Positions 25,701 to 37,700 of a stretch of DNA of 64,000 nucleotides are shown here, piece after piece. Position numbers and translations under genes: made by a program. Under the pieces are notes generated by a model. It made no database searches, had not been told where the DNA came from, and saw nothing but the letters and a program-made list of their open reading frames with translations. The stretch is from the NCBI GenBank assembly GCA_026770705.1, contig JANJGN010000005.1, forward strand, positions 44,020,001 to 44,084,000. Reading direction: 5' to 3'. This stretch comes from Isurus oxyrinchus (taxonomy: Eukaryota). Numbering within the stretch: the first letter of the stretch is position 1; each line of letters begins with the position of its first letter.

Positions 25701-28700
25701 AGGCCTTGGACTTCCCTTGCAGCAGCCTTCCCCTCTCCCCTGATCACCTCCAACACTACACCACCCCTTCAACCCCAGACAGGTCTAATCCCCTGGGTTC
25801 CTTGTTATGGCCGCTGGCCAAATTCCTGCTCCAGTGGATTTGGTGGGGTTCAGAGGGACTATTGGATAATTAATGTATTTATTCATGAGCCACACTGTTA
25901 AGATTATCCAGGCTTCAAGTCCCCAGGCTCCCCAGGCACGTTTCCCACTTTGGAGCCATTGCCTCACCTCTGTATTGTGACAGATCAGAGGTCTCTCTTG
26001 TTTTAGAAATAGAAATCCCTATAATACATTTCTTATAGATATTGTTGCTTGCTATTATTGTCATTACTGTTAAATTACCTTTTATATCTGTTTGCGGGGA
26101 TAACTGTTTCTATATTTGGGGAAGGTAGTAAATGTTAAAACCTATTTAGTAAATAGGAGCTTGATTGAAAATAAAATATTATTTATGCTAAATTCTACCA
26201 ACAGGATTAACTGCAGCAGCTCACCAAGGTTTCTTTTAAACCAACTGGAAGGACAAAGGTAGTACCACCTCCAAGTTCCCCTCCAAATCACACACATCCC
26301 AACTTGAACATAATTCCCTCAGTCCTTTATTGTCACTGGGCTGGATTTTAAAGGGTGCTGTATTCCTCGTGTTTCCCCCCGCCCCCACCAACTGAAAAAT
26401 TGGTTCTCAGCCCGCCCATCCGAAACCCAGCTGTCCTGCACCGATATTACGTTGAGAGCAGCCTTAATGGTTTTAGAGTGGGACTTTCGTGCCACCCCAG
26501 CCACCCCCATCTTGGAGGAAGTCCCGCTCTGGAGACCTGCCAGCCAATCAGATTAGCTGGAGGCTCTGTAGTCCCAGCTGTGCCAGGATCATGCAGTTAG
26601 CCACTGCTGGGACTACAGGCAGTCCTCAAGAAGAAGAAATGATGTAGCCCGGATTTCAAGATAAGTCCGGGGTTTTGGACAGGCCTTGGCTCCAGTGAGA
26701 AGGGAGGATGGGGGTGGGGTTGAGAAGCCTGGAGGGATGGTTAAATGGCAGGGTATGGACCTGAAGGTGACCCCCAGTGGAAGTATCCCCCCACTTCCTG
26801 CACAACGGCAACCCACGCAGTGAAACCTGCTGGGTTACCTCCACCTTCCCTCCTATGTAACTCTTTCGAGTACAAACATGTTTCCATCTGTTTTTCAGAT
26901 GAAGTTACATTGTTTGCCATTGTGAGATTTGAACTCTTGATTTCTTTCGAGTACAAACCCGTTTCCATCTGTTTCAGATGAAGTTACATTGTTTCATAGT
27001 TTGCCATTGTGAGATTTGAACTCTTGATACTCTTTCGAGCACAAACCCGTTTCCATCTGTTTCAGATGAAGTTACATTGTTTCATAGTTTGCCATTGCAA
27101 GAGTTGAACTCTCGATCTTGGGGTTACAAACCCAGTACCATAACCACTTGGCTATTTAGGCCAAGCCCAAAACATGTTTCCATCTGTTCCAGATGAAGTT
27201 ACATTGTTTCATAGTTTGCCATTGTGAGATTTGAACTCTTGATCTTGGGGTTACAAACCCAGTACCATAACCACTTGGCTATTTAGGCCAAGCCATAGTT
27301 TTGCCATTGTGAGATTTGAACTCTGGATCTTGGGATTACAAACCCAGTACCATAACCACTTGGCTATTTAGGCCAAGCGTTAAGAAGATGTAACTCTTTC
27401 GAGTAGTAACATTGTTTCATAGTTTTGCCATTGTGAGATTTGAACTCTTGATTTTCTTTCAAGTACAAACCCGTTTCCATCTGTTTCAGATGAAGTTACA
27501 TTGTTTCATAGTTTTGCCATTGTGAGATTTGAACTCTTGATCTTGGGGTAACAAACCCAGTACCATAACCACTTGGCTATTTAGGCCAAGCTCTTACTGC
27601 ATATGTAACTCTTTCGAGTACAAACCCATTTCCATCTGTGTTCAGATGAAGTTACATTGTTTCATAGTTTGCCATTGTGAGATTTGAACTCTTGATAATC
27701 TTTTAAATGAAAACCAAATCAACAAAATCGGGACAAATCAGGCACAGCCCCTAATTCAGGTCAGCTGTAAAACCAAGAACAAAGTTTAAAGGAAACTTAC
27801 AAACTTTAAATCAAAATGTGATTAAAGGGGTCAACAAAACACCCCAGTCCCCGCGGTGCCCACCGAGCACGGAAGGCCTCGAGAGTGCCAGCAGACACCG
27901 CGTGCTCCCTCTCCAGGGACATCCGGCAGCGAACGTAGCCGCAGAAGAGGGACAAACAATCGGGCGCGACTCCCCTGTCGATCGCCTGCTGCCTGGACCT
28001 GTTAATGGCCAACTTGGCCAGGCCCAGGAGCAGGTTCACGAGGAGGTCCTCTTCCTTCCCGACCCCCTTCCACACCGGGTGCCCATAGATCAGGAGCGTG
28101 GGGCTGAAGTGCAAACAAAACATCAATAAAAGGTTTTTCAAATAACTAAAAAGGGAGTGCAGCCTACAACACCCTGTGTATACATGGTCCACGGACTCCA
28201 CAAGACCGCAAAAAGGGCACGTGTCCTGAGAGTCCGTGAACCTATGCATCCTCTTATTATAGGGGACTGCTGCATGCAACACCCTCCAACCCAGGTCCCC
28301 GATAGAAAGGGGGAGGACACCTCCCATCGGGGGCCTCCGCCGCCGGACGGCAACAAGGCACGCCAGGGCGTGTCCTGTCGACGGACAAGGGCGAGAAAAT
28401 GGAAGGTGTGCAGCAGCAGTCCGTACAAAAAGCCCCTCTTTGCTGTGCCAAAAGGCACGGAGGGCATGTCCCCGAGGCGGTTCATATTGCGGGGCACCAG
28501 CACCCGAGGGAGGGTTCGGGGCTTGGGGCCAATGTGGAATTCTGTCTGAACAGGGGAACGTTCAGACGGAAGACCACCGCGCACCTGGGCCACCTCAAGA
28601 CCCAAAATAACGTCGGGTCTGAGCACGACCGTTCTCAGGTCTTGGATGGCATCGGCTGCGACCTGGACACTCACAGACGCGCGTCGCGCCAACTCCTGCG

Positions 28701-31700
28701 GGAGCATCCAGCCCAGTCCTCCGCCACCCAGCACGTCCCCGATCCTGGTCACCCCTGCGGCCACAGCCCTCCTCTCCGCCAACCACTGAAAGGGACGGAG
28801 GGGCGGATTCCTGAGCAGTGGCTCTCTGACGATAGCCGCTACTCCTGACGGGGGAGAGCTGTGTCGCGAGGCAACCACTTTCCAGACTTTGATCAGGTCT
28901 TGGTAAAAGACGGGCAACGCCTGCAAGGAGCCACCAAGGCCCAGTTGTTCTATAAACAGGAGCTGCACGTCATAATTCAGGCCGTGCACCTGACGGAAGA
29001 AATACGTCGTCAGGGCACACCATCTAGGAGAAGGCTCGACGTAGAGGTATCGCTGCAGGGTCTGAAGGCGGAAAGTCGCCACCTGTGTGCATAGGCACAC
29101 TAGCGCCTGACCGCCCTCCCTAAGCGGGAGACTCAGAACCTCGGCAGCGACCCAGTGCAATCTTTTGTCCCAGAAGAAGTCGACTAACAATCTCTGGATT
29201 CTTGTGACAAAGTCCGGGGGAGGGGTCAAAGTGACCAGCCGATACCACAACATGGCGGCGATCAGCTGGTTTATGACCAGAACTCGACCTCGGTAAGATA
29301 GCACTCGGAGCAGTCCTGTCCAGTGCCGCAGGTGAGCGGTGACTTTCGTCTCCAGTTCCTGCCAGTTTGCCGGCCAGGATTCCTCAGCGGGGCAGAGATG
29401 GACCCCCAGGTAGAGGAGGCTGGTCCTGCTCCAGGTGAAAGGCCTGAGCTCCTCGGGTAGGGAATCCATCTGCCACTGACCGACCAGGAGTCCAGAACAT
29501 TTACCCCAGTTGATCCTGGCAGAAGAAGCGGCAGAGTAGACCTCTTGGCACTCGCGCATCCTCCGCAGGTCAGCCGGGTCACTAAACATAAGGAGCACGT
29601 CATCGGCATAAGCCGAAAGGACCACCCCGATGCCTGGCCCGCGCAGGACCAATCCCGACAACCTCCTCCGCAAGAGTCGCAGGAAAGGCTCCACGCAAAT
29701 AGAATACAACTGGCCAGACAGGGGGCAGCCCTGACGTACCCCTCTCCCAAAGCGAAGGGGCGCCGTCAGGGACCTGTTAACCTTCACTAGACACTCCGCG
29801 GCGGTGTACAGAAGTTGGATCCGGGCGACAAAATGCGTCCTGAACCCAAACGCTCGCAGAGTTCCGAGTAAGTATCCGTGATCCACCCTGTCGAACGCCT
29901 TCTCCTGATCGAGAGACAGGAAGGCACTCGATAGACCAGCCCTCTGGGAATAGTGACAAACATGTTTCCATCTGTTCCTATTCAGATGAAGTTACATTAT
30001 TTCATAGTTTACCATTGTGAGATTTGAACTCTTGATACTCTTTTGAGTACAAACCCATTTCCATCTGTTTCAGATGAAGTTACATTGTTTCATAGTTTTT
30101 GCCATTGTGAGATCTGAACTCTCGATCTTGGGGTTACAAACCCAGTACCATAACCACTTGGCTATTTAGGCCAAGCTCTTACTGCATATGTAACTCTTTC
30201 AAGTCTTTTTAGTAACTCTTTCGAGTACAAACACGTTTCCATCTGTTCCTATTCAGATGAAATTACATTGTTTCATAGTTTGCCATGGTGAGATTTGAAC
30301 TCTTGATAATCTTTTAAATGAAAACCAAATCAACAAAATTGGGATAAATCAGGCACAGCCCCTAATTCAGGTCAGCCGTAAAACCAAGAACAAAGTTTAA
30401 AGGAAATGATGTAGCCCGGATTTCAAGCTAAGTCCGGGGTTTTGGACAGGCCTTGGCTCCAGTGAGAAGGGAGGATGGGGGTGGGGTTGAGAAGCCTGGA
30501 GGGATGGTTAAATGGCAGGGTATGGACCTGAAGGTGACCCCCAGTGGAAGTATCCCCCCACTTCCTGCACAATGGCAACCCACGCAGTGAAACCTGCTGG
30601 GTTACCTCCACCTTCCCTCCTATGTAACTCTTTCGAGTACAAACATGTTTCCATCTGTTTTTCAGATGAAGTTACATTGTTTGCCATTGTGAGATTTGAA
30701 CTCTTGATTTCTTTCGAGTACAAACCCGTTTCCATCTGTTTCAGATGAAGTTACATTGTTTCATAGTTTGCCATTGTGAGATTTGAACTCTTGATACTCT
30801 TTCGAGCACAAACCTGTTTCCATCTGTTTCAGATGAAGTTACATAGTTTCATAGTTTGCCATTGTGAGATTTGAACTCTTGATCTTGGGGTTAACCCAGT
30901 ACCATAACCACTTGGCTATTTAGGCCAAGCTCTTACTACATATGTAGTGGAGGAGGCAGAATCAGGCCCTTAGGTGGCTGTTAATTAGCCATTTAAAGGC
31001 CTCAATAGGCTTCTGGGCAGGCAGGATATCTGATGCCATCCCCACCCACTGTAATATGGGAAACACAGGGTTGGGCAGGGAGACATTGGGAAGGCCACCC
31101 GCTTTATTTTAGGAGCACCTCTGTCCATCTTCAAATACACCGCTAGGGGGGGCTGCAAGCCCACTGAGTCAAAATTCTGGAACTCCTTACCTAATTGTAT
31201 TGCGTGAGTACCTTGACCCATGGACTACAGCATTCAAAAAGAATGCTCAGCACCATCTCGACAGTATTAGGGATTAAAATTAAAAGCTCACATCCCAAGA
31301 GTTAATATAAGAATAAAATGTTGATTTGCTTATTGGCAATTTTCTGTCAAGACAAAGTAGCTTGATTGTTTAAACAAGCACACATGTCAGAATACTTGAC
31401 AAATGTTAATAGATACTATGTCTACCCAAGTTATAGAAATAGTTAACATTAGGTTATCAACTGCCTATCCTAACAGTAAACTAAAGAGCCAGTAGTTATT
31501 GTGTTTGCCTCAAGAGAGATCTTGTTTACCAGACTGGTCATTTTGATCTGTCCAGAAAGTAGTTAAATTGCCCAAGTCCTGCCTGTATAACTTTGAAGGT
31601 TGACTTGATTGACAGGCCGGTTCTGATTACTGGTGAATGATACCTATCTGTCTTTCTTACTGCTAGTTTGGACGTCAAACAAAAGAATGAGATATGACTA

Positions 31701-34700
31701 AGATTGCTGTATGATTCTGTTCAATCCCTTCTACCCTTGCTGCTATATGAGGCAGAGGCTTGAAGGGATTCTGTGAAGTGTCTTTCATGCCCAAAAGCTT
31801 TTCATTAAGGAATCATGCTTCCAGTCTTAGAAGTTATCACAGGGATATGCAAGAACTTTGGCACTTGGTTCTAGAGCTGTTCTAAAGCACTAGTGCGTAA
31901 TCAAATATTCCATTACTATATGCATTCTGTCTATTAATCCATTTTGGTTTGTGATTTTTCTATCTCTTAATAGACACTAATTAGTAGCTCTCATTATTTT
32001 ATTCCAAGTACAAGGTCTTGCTTTTCTATGAACCTGGTTTTCACTGATCTACTTTGGATTTCAATGTCTCAAGTTTAAAATTATCATCTTTGTATTTAAA
32101 CCCCACCAAGATTTCATCATTTCTATCTCTGTAACTTGCTCCAGCCTCTTACTCCCACTGTTCCTCTGATTCTGGCATCTTGTTCACTACTTCATCTCTT
32201 TGCCGCACCATAGATGCTTTCAATATAAAGTGACAATGGCATAGAGTTACAGTCACTAGACTGGTAATCCAGAGGCCTGGCTAATGCCCTGGGGATATGG
32301 GTTTGAATCCCACCATGGCAGCTGGTGGAATTTGATTTCAAGTAACAAATTCAATTGATTAATTTAAAGATCTGGAATTGAAAGCTAGTCTCAGTAATGA
32401 TGATCATGAAACTATCATTAATTGTCGTAAAACTCACCTGGTTCACTAATGTCTTTTAGGGAAGGAAATCTGCTGTCCTTACCTGGTCTGGCTCCAGATC
32501 CACAGCAATGGGGTTGACTCTGAAATAGCCTAGCAAATCACTCAGTTGAAGGGCAATTAGGGATGGGCAACAAATGCTAGCCATGGCATTGGTGCCCCCA
32601 TCCCATGAGAGAATAAATAAAAACTAAGCCCCACACTCTAATTTTTCCTTTGTCTCATCATCTCTTACTTAAGTTGGTTGAAGGATAAGTGCTTGCCAGG
32701 ACTGCTCTTCTTTGGATAGTACCATGGGATCTTTTACACCCACTCGAGAGGACAGACAGGCAGACATCACATATCAAAGATGGAACATCTGAAAGTACAG
32801 CACTCCCTCAGTACTGCACAGAAGTACCAACCTAGATTAGATATTTAAGTTAAAAGCAAAATACTGCGGATGCTGGAAATCTGAAACAAAAACAAAAATA
32901 GCTGGAGAAACTCAGCAGGTCTGACAGCATCTGCGGAGAGGAGTACAGTTAACGTTTCGAGTCCATATGACTTCATCAGAACTAAGGAAAAATAGAAATG
33001 AGGTGAAATATAAGCTGGTTGAGGGGGGTGGGAGGGGTAGATCTGGATAGAGGGCCAGTGATAGGTGGAGGCAAAGAAGAGATTGCCAAAGATGTCATAG
33101 ACAAAAGGACAAAGAGATGTTGATGGTGGTGATATTAGCTAAGGAATGTGCTAATGGTGACATTAAGGGTAGAAAACAGGATGAGCAAGTGACAGATAGC
33201 CCTAGTAGGTGGGGTGGGGTGGGGGGAAGGGATCGAAATAGGCTAAAAGGTGGAGATTAAACAATGGATGGAAATAAATTAAAAAATAATAGAAATAGGT
33301 GGGAAAAGAAAAATATATTAAAAAATGTTAAATTTTTTTTTAAAAAGTTATAAATTATTGGAAAATCGGAAGGGGATTCCAATAATTTATAATTTCCCTC
33401 CCACCTATTTCTAAATTTATTTCCATTCATTGTTTTATCTCCACCTTTTAGCCTATTTCAATCCCTTCCCCCACTTCCCCACCCCCCCCCAGGGCTATCT
33501 GTCACTAGCTTGTCCTGCTTTCTACCCTTAATGTCACCATTAGCACATTCCTTAGCTAATATCACCACTGTCAACACCCCTTCATCTATGACGATCTCTT
33601 CTTTGCCTCCATCTATTGCTAAATATTTAAGTCTCTGGACTGGGATTCAAACCCACAACCTTCTGACTCAAAGGCAAGAGTATTACCACTGAGCCAAGTC
33701 TGACACAAAATGAAAAAATGCAGCTCTATAATGTGGTCTTCGAAGTTGGAGTTAAAGCATATTGCTGGATGTTGGGGGAGCCCTACTGTTCATGCTTGTG
33801 CTGTAACTGACCTGCTAACATTACTTTGACATGAGTGTTTATAACACCGAAAGAGGTCACTTGACTCATTAAGTCTGTGCCAGCTCTTTCTTTTGCCAGT
33901 TTATTTGTAAACATATTTGTACTAAACTTCTTTGTGCATTACAATAATGCAGTCTTGGACCTGTGAAATATTATTATGTGAATTTAATGAACAATGCACC
34001 ATAAGACAAAATTAAACCTTTTGGTTTATAAACATTTTCTGTTGTACATGTTGACGCAGAAAATTTAACAGAAAATAGGAATAATTTAAAGGAGTGTAAG
34101 ATCTTCGCAAGACTGCTCACCGACATGACATGTTGGAACATCAATAAATCCTTTGAGGAAACTTCCCAGTGGGCTGTTTTCCACAGACTGCAGATACAGA
34201 AGAGAAACAAAATTACAAAAGCACAACTGTAGCTGCATTATTTCATATATATAATATATGTATATATGTATAAAAATTTATGCACCGCATCCATCACATG
34301 TAAGTGTCATACTGCCACATATGCAAATTTCTGAGACTTGTTTCAAAGGAGGAGGGCCATTTATTTCCAGTCTACAAAGGCATTTCCAAAAATTAGGTCT
34401 GGGATTATTCCAGCAAAAGAAGCCATTAGAGTTGGTGAGTGACCAGTTCCCACGATCCCAGCACTGCAAATCTTTAAGCTTTTGGTGGATTTTCTTTTTA
34501 TTCTTTCATGAAATGTGTGCGTCGCTGGCAAATCAGCATTTGTTGTCCATCCCTAACTGCCTTTGAGAAGGTAGTGGCGAGCTGCCTTCTTGAACCTCTG
34601 CAGTCCATCAGGTATAGATACACTCACAATGCTGGTAGAAAGGGAATTGCCTTGACTATGTTTAGCCCTTTCCTACAGCAGCAGGGCTGAGACTATGACC

Positions 34701-37700
34701 TGAATTTTCATTAAAATGGACAGCCAATCAGTATTGCGAAAATACGCGCGGAGAAATCTGGAAGTCCCACCCCCCGAACACAGGGTGGGCGGGGGGTGGG
34801 AGGGGGGGGGGGGGGGGTGGCGGGGTGGAATGGGGGCGTGTTCATAATTGCACAACTGTGATTTATAGACACGGCTGCCCAGCTGCTTCCGGTCATGTGG
34901 GATTTTCATCAGCTAGGATTGGGGAACACAACATGTGCAAATTGGACCTGGTAAAAGCAGGAGTGGAGTTGTGGAGTTGCTTGGATAAGTGGGGTACCCT
35001 TTTGGAGAGGTAAGGTACCCTTTTGGACATAGTCTCGGACGCCTTTGGAAAAGGTCAGGTGCCCTTTGGGAGATGTAAGGTGCCTTTTGGGATTGCTAAA
35101 AGTAGATAGCAATGTGTATAAAAAGTGCATAAACTCATTGGAACTGTCAGGCTTATTAGAACTGTCAAAAGTGCTGGCAAAAGGAACTGCCAAGAAAGCT
35201 GTGTCAAAAAGAACTGTCAACAAAGCTATCAAAAGGAACCATCAACAGAGCTGTCAAAAGGAACTGTCAAGACATTTAAAACCCCTGCCCTTTAAATATC
35301 TGAAAAAAAGTCAGTGCTCGTTTATTTTACTCTGTTAACATAAGTTTGAGGGCTGTCATTACTTGATAAGTGCTGTTTGACTGATTTCACAACCTCCTAT
35401 TAACACAGTGGGATGCCTCTCAGTTCATAGTTTGATTGCCAGCATCAACTGGTTATAGACTGTTTGAAGTGGGACCTTGAATTTCAATGCTTGTTTTTAT
35501 AAGGGATTAAAGGAAGCTATATGTAGCGAATGGGTTTTTACCAATGAGAATAGTTTCGTTTTGAAATAGTAAGTTAATCAATAGACACTTAAGAACTTTA
35601 TTTTATCTCATCACTGCATGGTGAGTACTGGGTGAGTTGGTACGGTAGCTGTAAGGGCAAAGGGTGGTGGTTGGGGGCATGGGCTGGCACCAAGTTGGCA
35701 TAGGGGCTGTAAAGGGCCTTGGCAGATGGGTAGAGGGTCATATGTTGACATGGAAGGTATGAAGGGCCCTAGGGTATGGGTTGGCATGGATGGGGCATGG
35801 GGAATTGCAGGGGGTGAGGGGGTGTGAGGAGTGAGGGCTGCAGGACAGTTTCATTTTTTAAAAATGTTGACACAGTGCCAGTGCATTGAAGCAGGCCTCC
35901 TGTCCAGCCCACCTCCCCACCCGGCAGCCTTTGCTCTCATTCCGGAGTCATCTGCCAGGACTCCCATTTCTATCCACCCACCCCTGGACTGAAAATTTGA
36001 CCTTCCAGAGCACTTTCTCCCGGGTCAGGTTTGTGGAGCGGGGAATTGTACCCACTCTCCACTCCTGGCCCAGGAGTATAAATCAAGGCTAAGAGCTCAG
36101 CTTATGGCAAACTGGCTGGCCCCTGGTCACTCCTATTCCTCTGCTGTGTTACTGGGGATTTGCATGCAACCTATAGAAGACCAGGTGCTGAACCCTTCTC
36201 CAATGTCTCCTATTGGATCCACAGAAATTAAAGAATAGTACTAGCGAGTGGGGAAATGCTAGGAACAAGATGTAAGAGACAAAACAACAGAGGTCCAATC
36301 AAAAGGCTGGCCTTAGCAACGTGAAATTATACATAATTTTGTTGGAGAATAGGTCATTTCTCTTATTTTGTGGCACATTCCTTCACCTTCACTCCCAAGT
36401 GTTTCTCAGGCAAAATGGAAGTGCCACTCTTAGAATCTCACAAGTCAGAAGGAGGCCATTCAGCCCATCTTCTCTGTCAGCTCTTTGAAAGAACTATCCA
36501 ATTAGTTCCACTTCTCTGTTCTTTCCCCTTAACCCTGCAAATCCTTTTATCAAGTGTATATATCCAATTCCCCTTTGAAAGGTACCATGGAAACCGCTTT
36601 CATCATCCTTTCAGGCAGCACATCCAGATCATAATAACTTGCTGCATTAAAATAAATCTTATCTCCATGCTGGTCCTTTTTCCAACTATATTATATATGC
36701 ATCCTTTACTTAATTGCCCTCTTGACAATGGTAATGGTTTCTATCGACTCAATCAAAAGTCCTTATAATTTTGAGCATGTTTTTCAAATTTCCCCTTGTC
36801 CTTGTTTTCTTTAAGAAGACCAGCTCTTCTCTAGACGCTCCAGAAGATTGAAGACTCTCATTGCTGATGCCATTCGAATAGATCTCCATTGTACCCTCTG
36901 TATGGCCTTGACTTCCAAAGTGTGGTTCCCAGAATTGGATTCAGTACTCCAGCTGAGGACAGTGACTTATTGTGCTTAAATTTTTATTTCACTGTTTTTG
37001 CACTCCAGATATCTCTATTTATTTGGAAGTTTTAATTCCAAAGTTAAACATTCTATACACAAATAAAATTTTAAAAAATGCTTATGAGGTCTCCACATCC
37101 ACAATGCACTTAACAAATTGCTATCCATTGGTTTCCAGCCACACTGTACTAACATATGCAAAACTCTTGCTCACCGCTTCGTCCTGTTCAGGAACCAGTG
37201 TGTTGGTTATCTCCTCCACATAGTTTGCTGGAAACCACAGCTGTTTTTTACCCCCATAGTCACCACGCCACCTGATAGGGGTTGGAAGGAAAAACATTCA
37301 GGAAGCGGAAAGGAATTCAGCAGAAAACAGGAAATAACATTTCCACAGTTTCTGGCACTATCTATTTTTGTTATTTTCTCCTTGGCCTTTTATTTGCTCC
37401 CCCCTATCACCATCACACTATACAGTACTGCAATAAACCACTTTCTCCTGTCACCATCACACGATACAATAGAACTACAATAGGCCACTCTCTACCCATC
37501 ACTGCCACTATACAGAAGCATTGCTAATGTTCACTTCCTTCCATCACCCATCACATCATACTGAAGCCCTGCAATATAGGCCACTTACTCCCTTACACTT
37601 CTCTGAAATATTGATCCATCAGAATGAAAATTTGTTAGAAATTGACTGTTCTTAATTTTATTTGAAAACACAATTTGTTTCGTTGAAGAGGTATTTTGAG

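Larger units (their letters stand above)
26338..31162. mobile_element. Harbinger-like MITE hosting the tRNA-derived array
   Basis: Starts GGGCTGGATTTT, ends AGCCC, 3-bp TSD ACT; splits a family-B LINE tail (26205-26337 and 31163-31310). Confidence 0.65.
32680..33705 (-). mobile_element. tRNA-derived SINE split by a Penelope-like insertion
   Basis: Head (GGGATTCAAACCC on +) at about 33640-33705, body at 32680-32850; related uninterrupted copy at about 43040-43435. Confidence 0.65.

Noticed and set aside
27119-27136. GGGGTTACAAACCC resembling a twister ribozyme P4 loop; partial hammerhead-like words in the monomer
   Set aside because: It is the reverse complement of the tRNA anticodon arm; no other twister elements and no CUGANGA box are present.
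28157-29790. Plus-strand and alternate-frame ORFs over the Tx1 element
   Set aside because: Shadow ORFs of GC-rich coding sequence with no recognisable motifs.
26854-30946. CRISPR-like array or functional tRNA-Thr gene cluster
   Set aside because: Vertebrate intron, no unique spacers and no cas genes. The tRNA-like heads lack a good acceptor stem and continue into a constant non-tRNA body.
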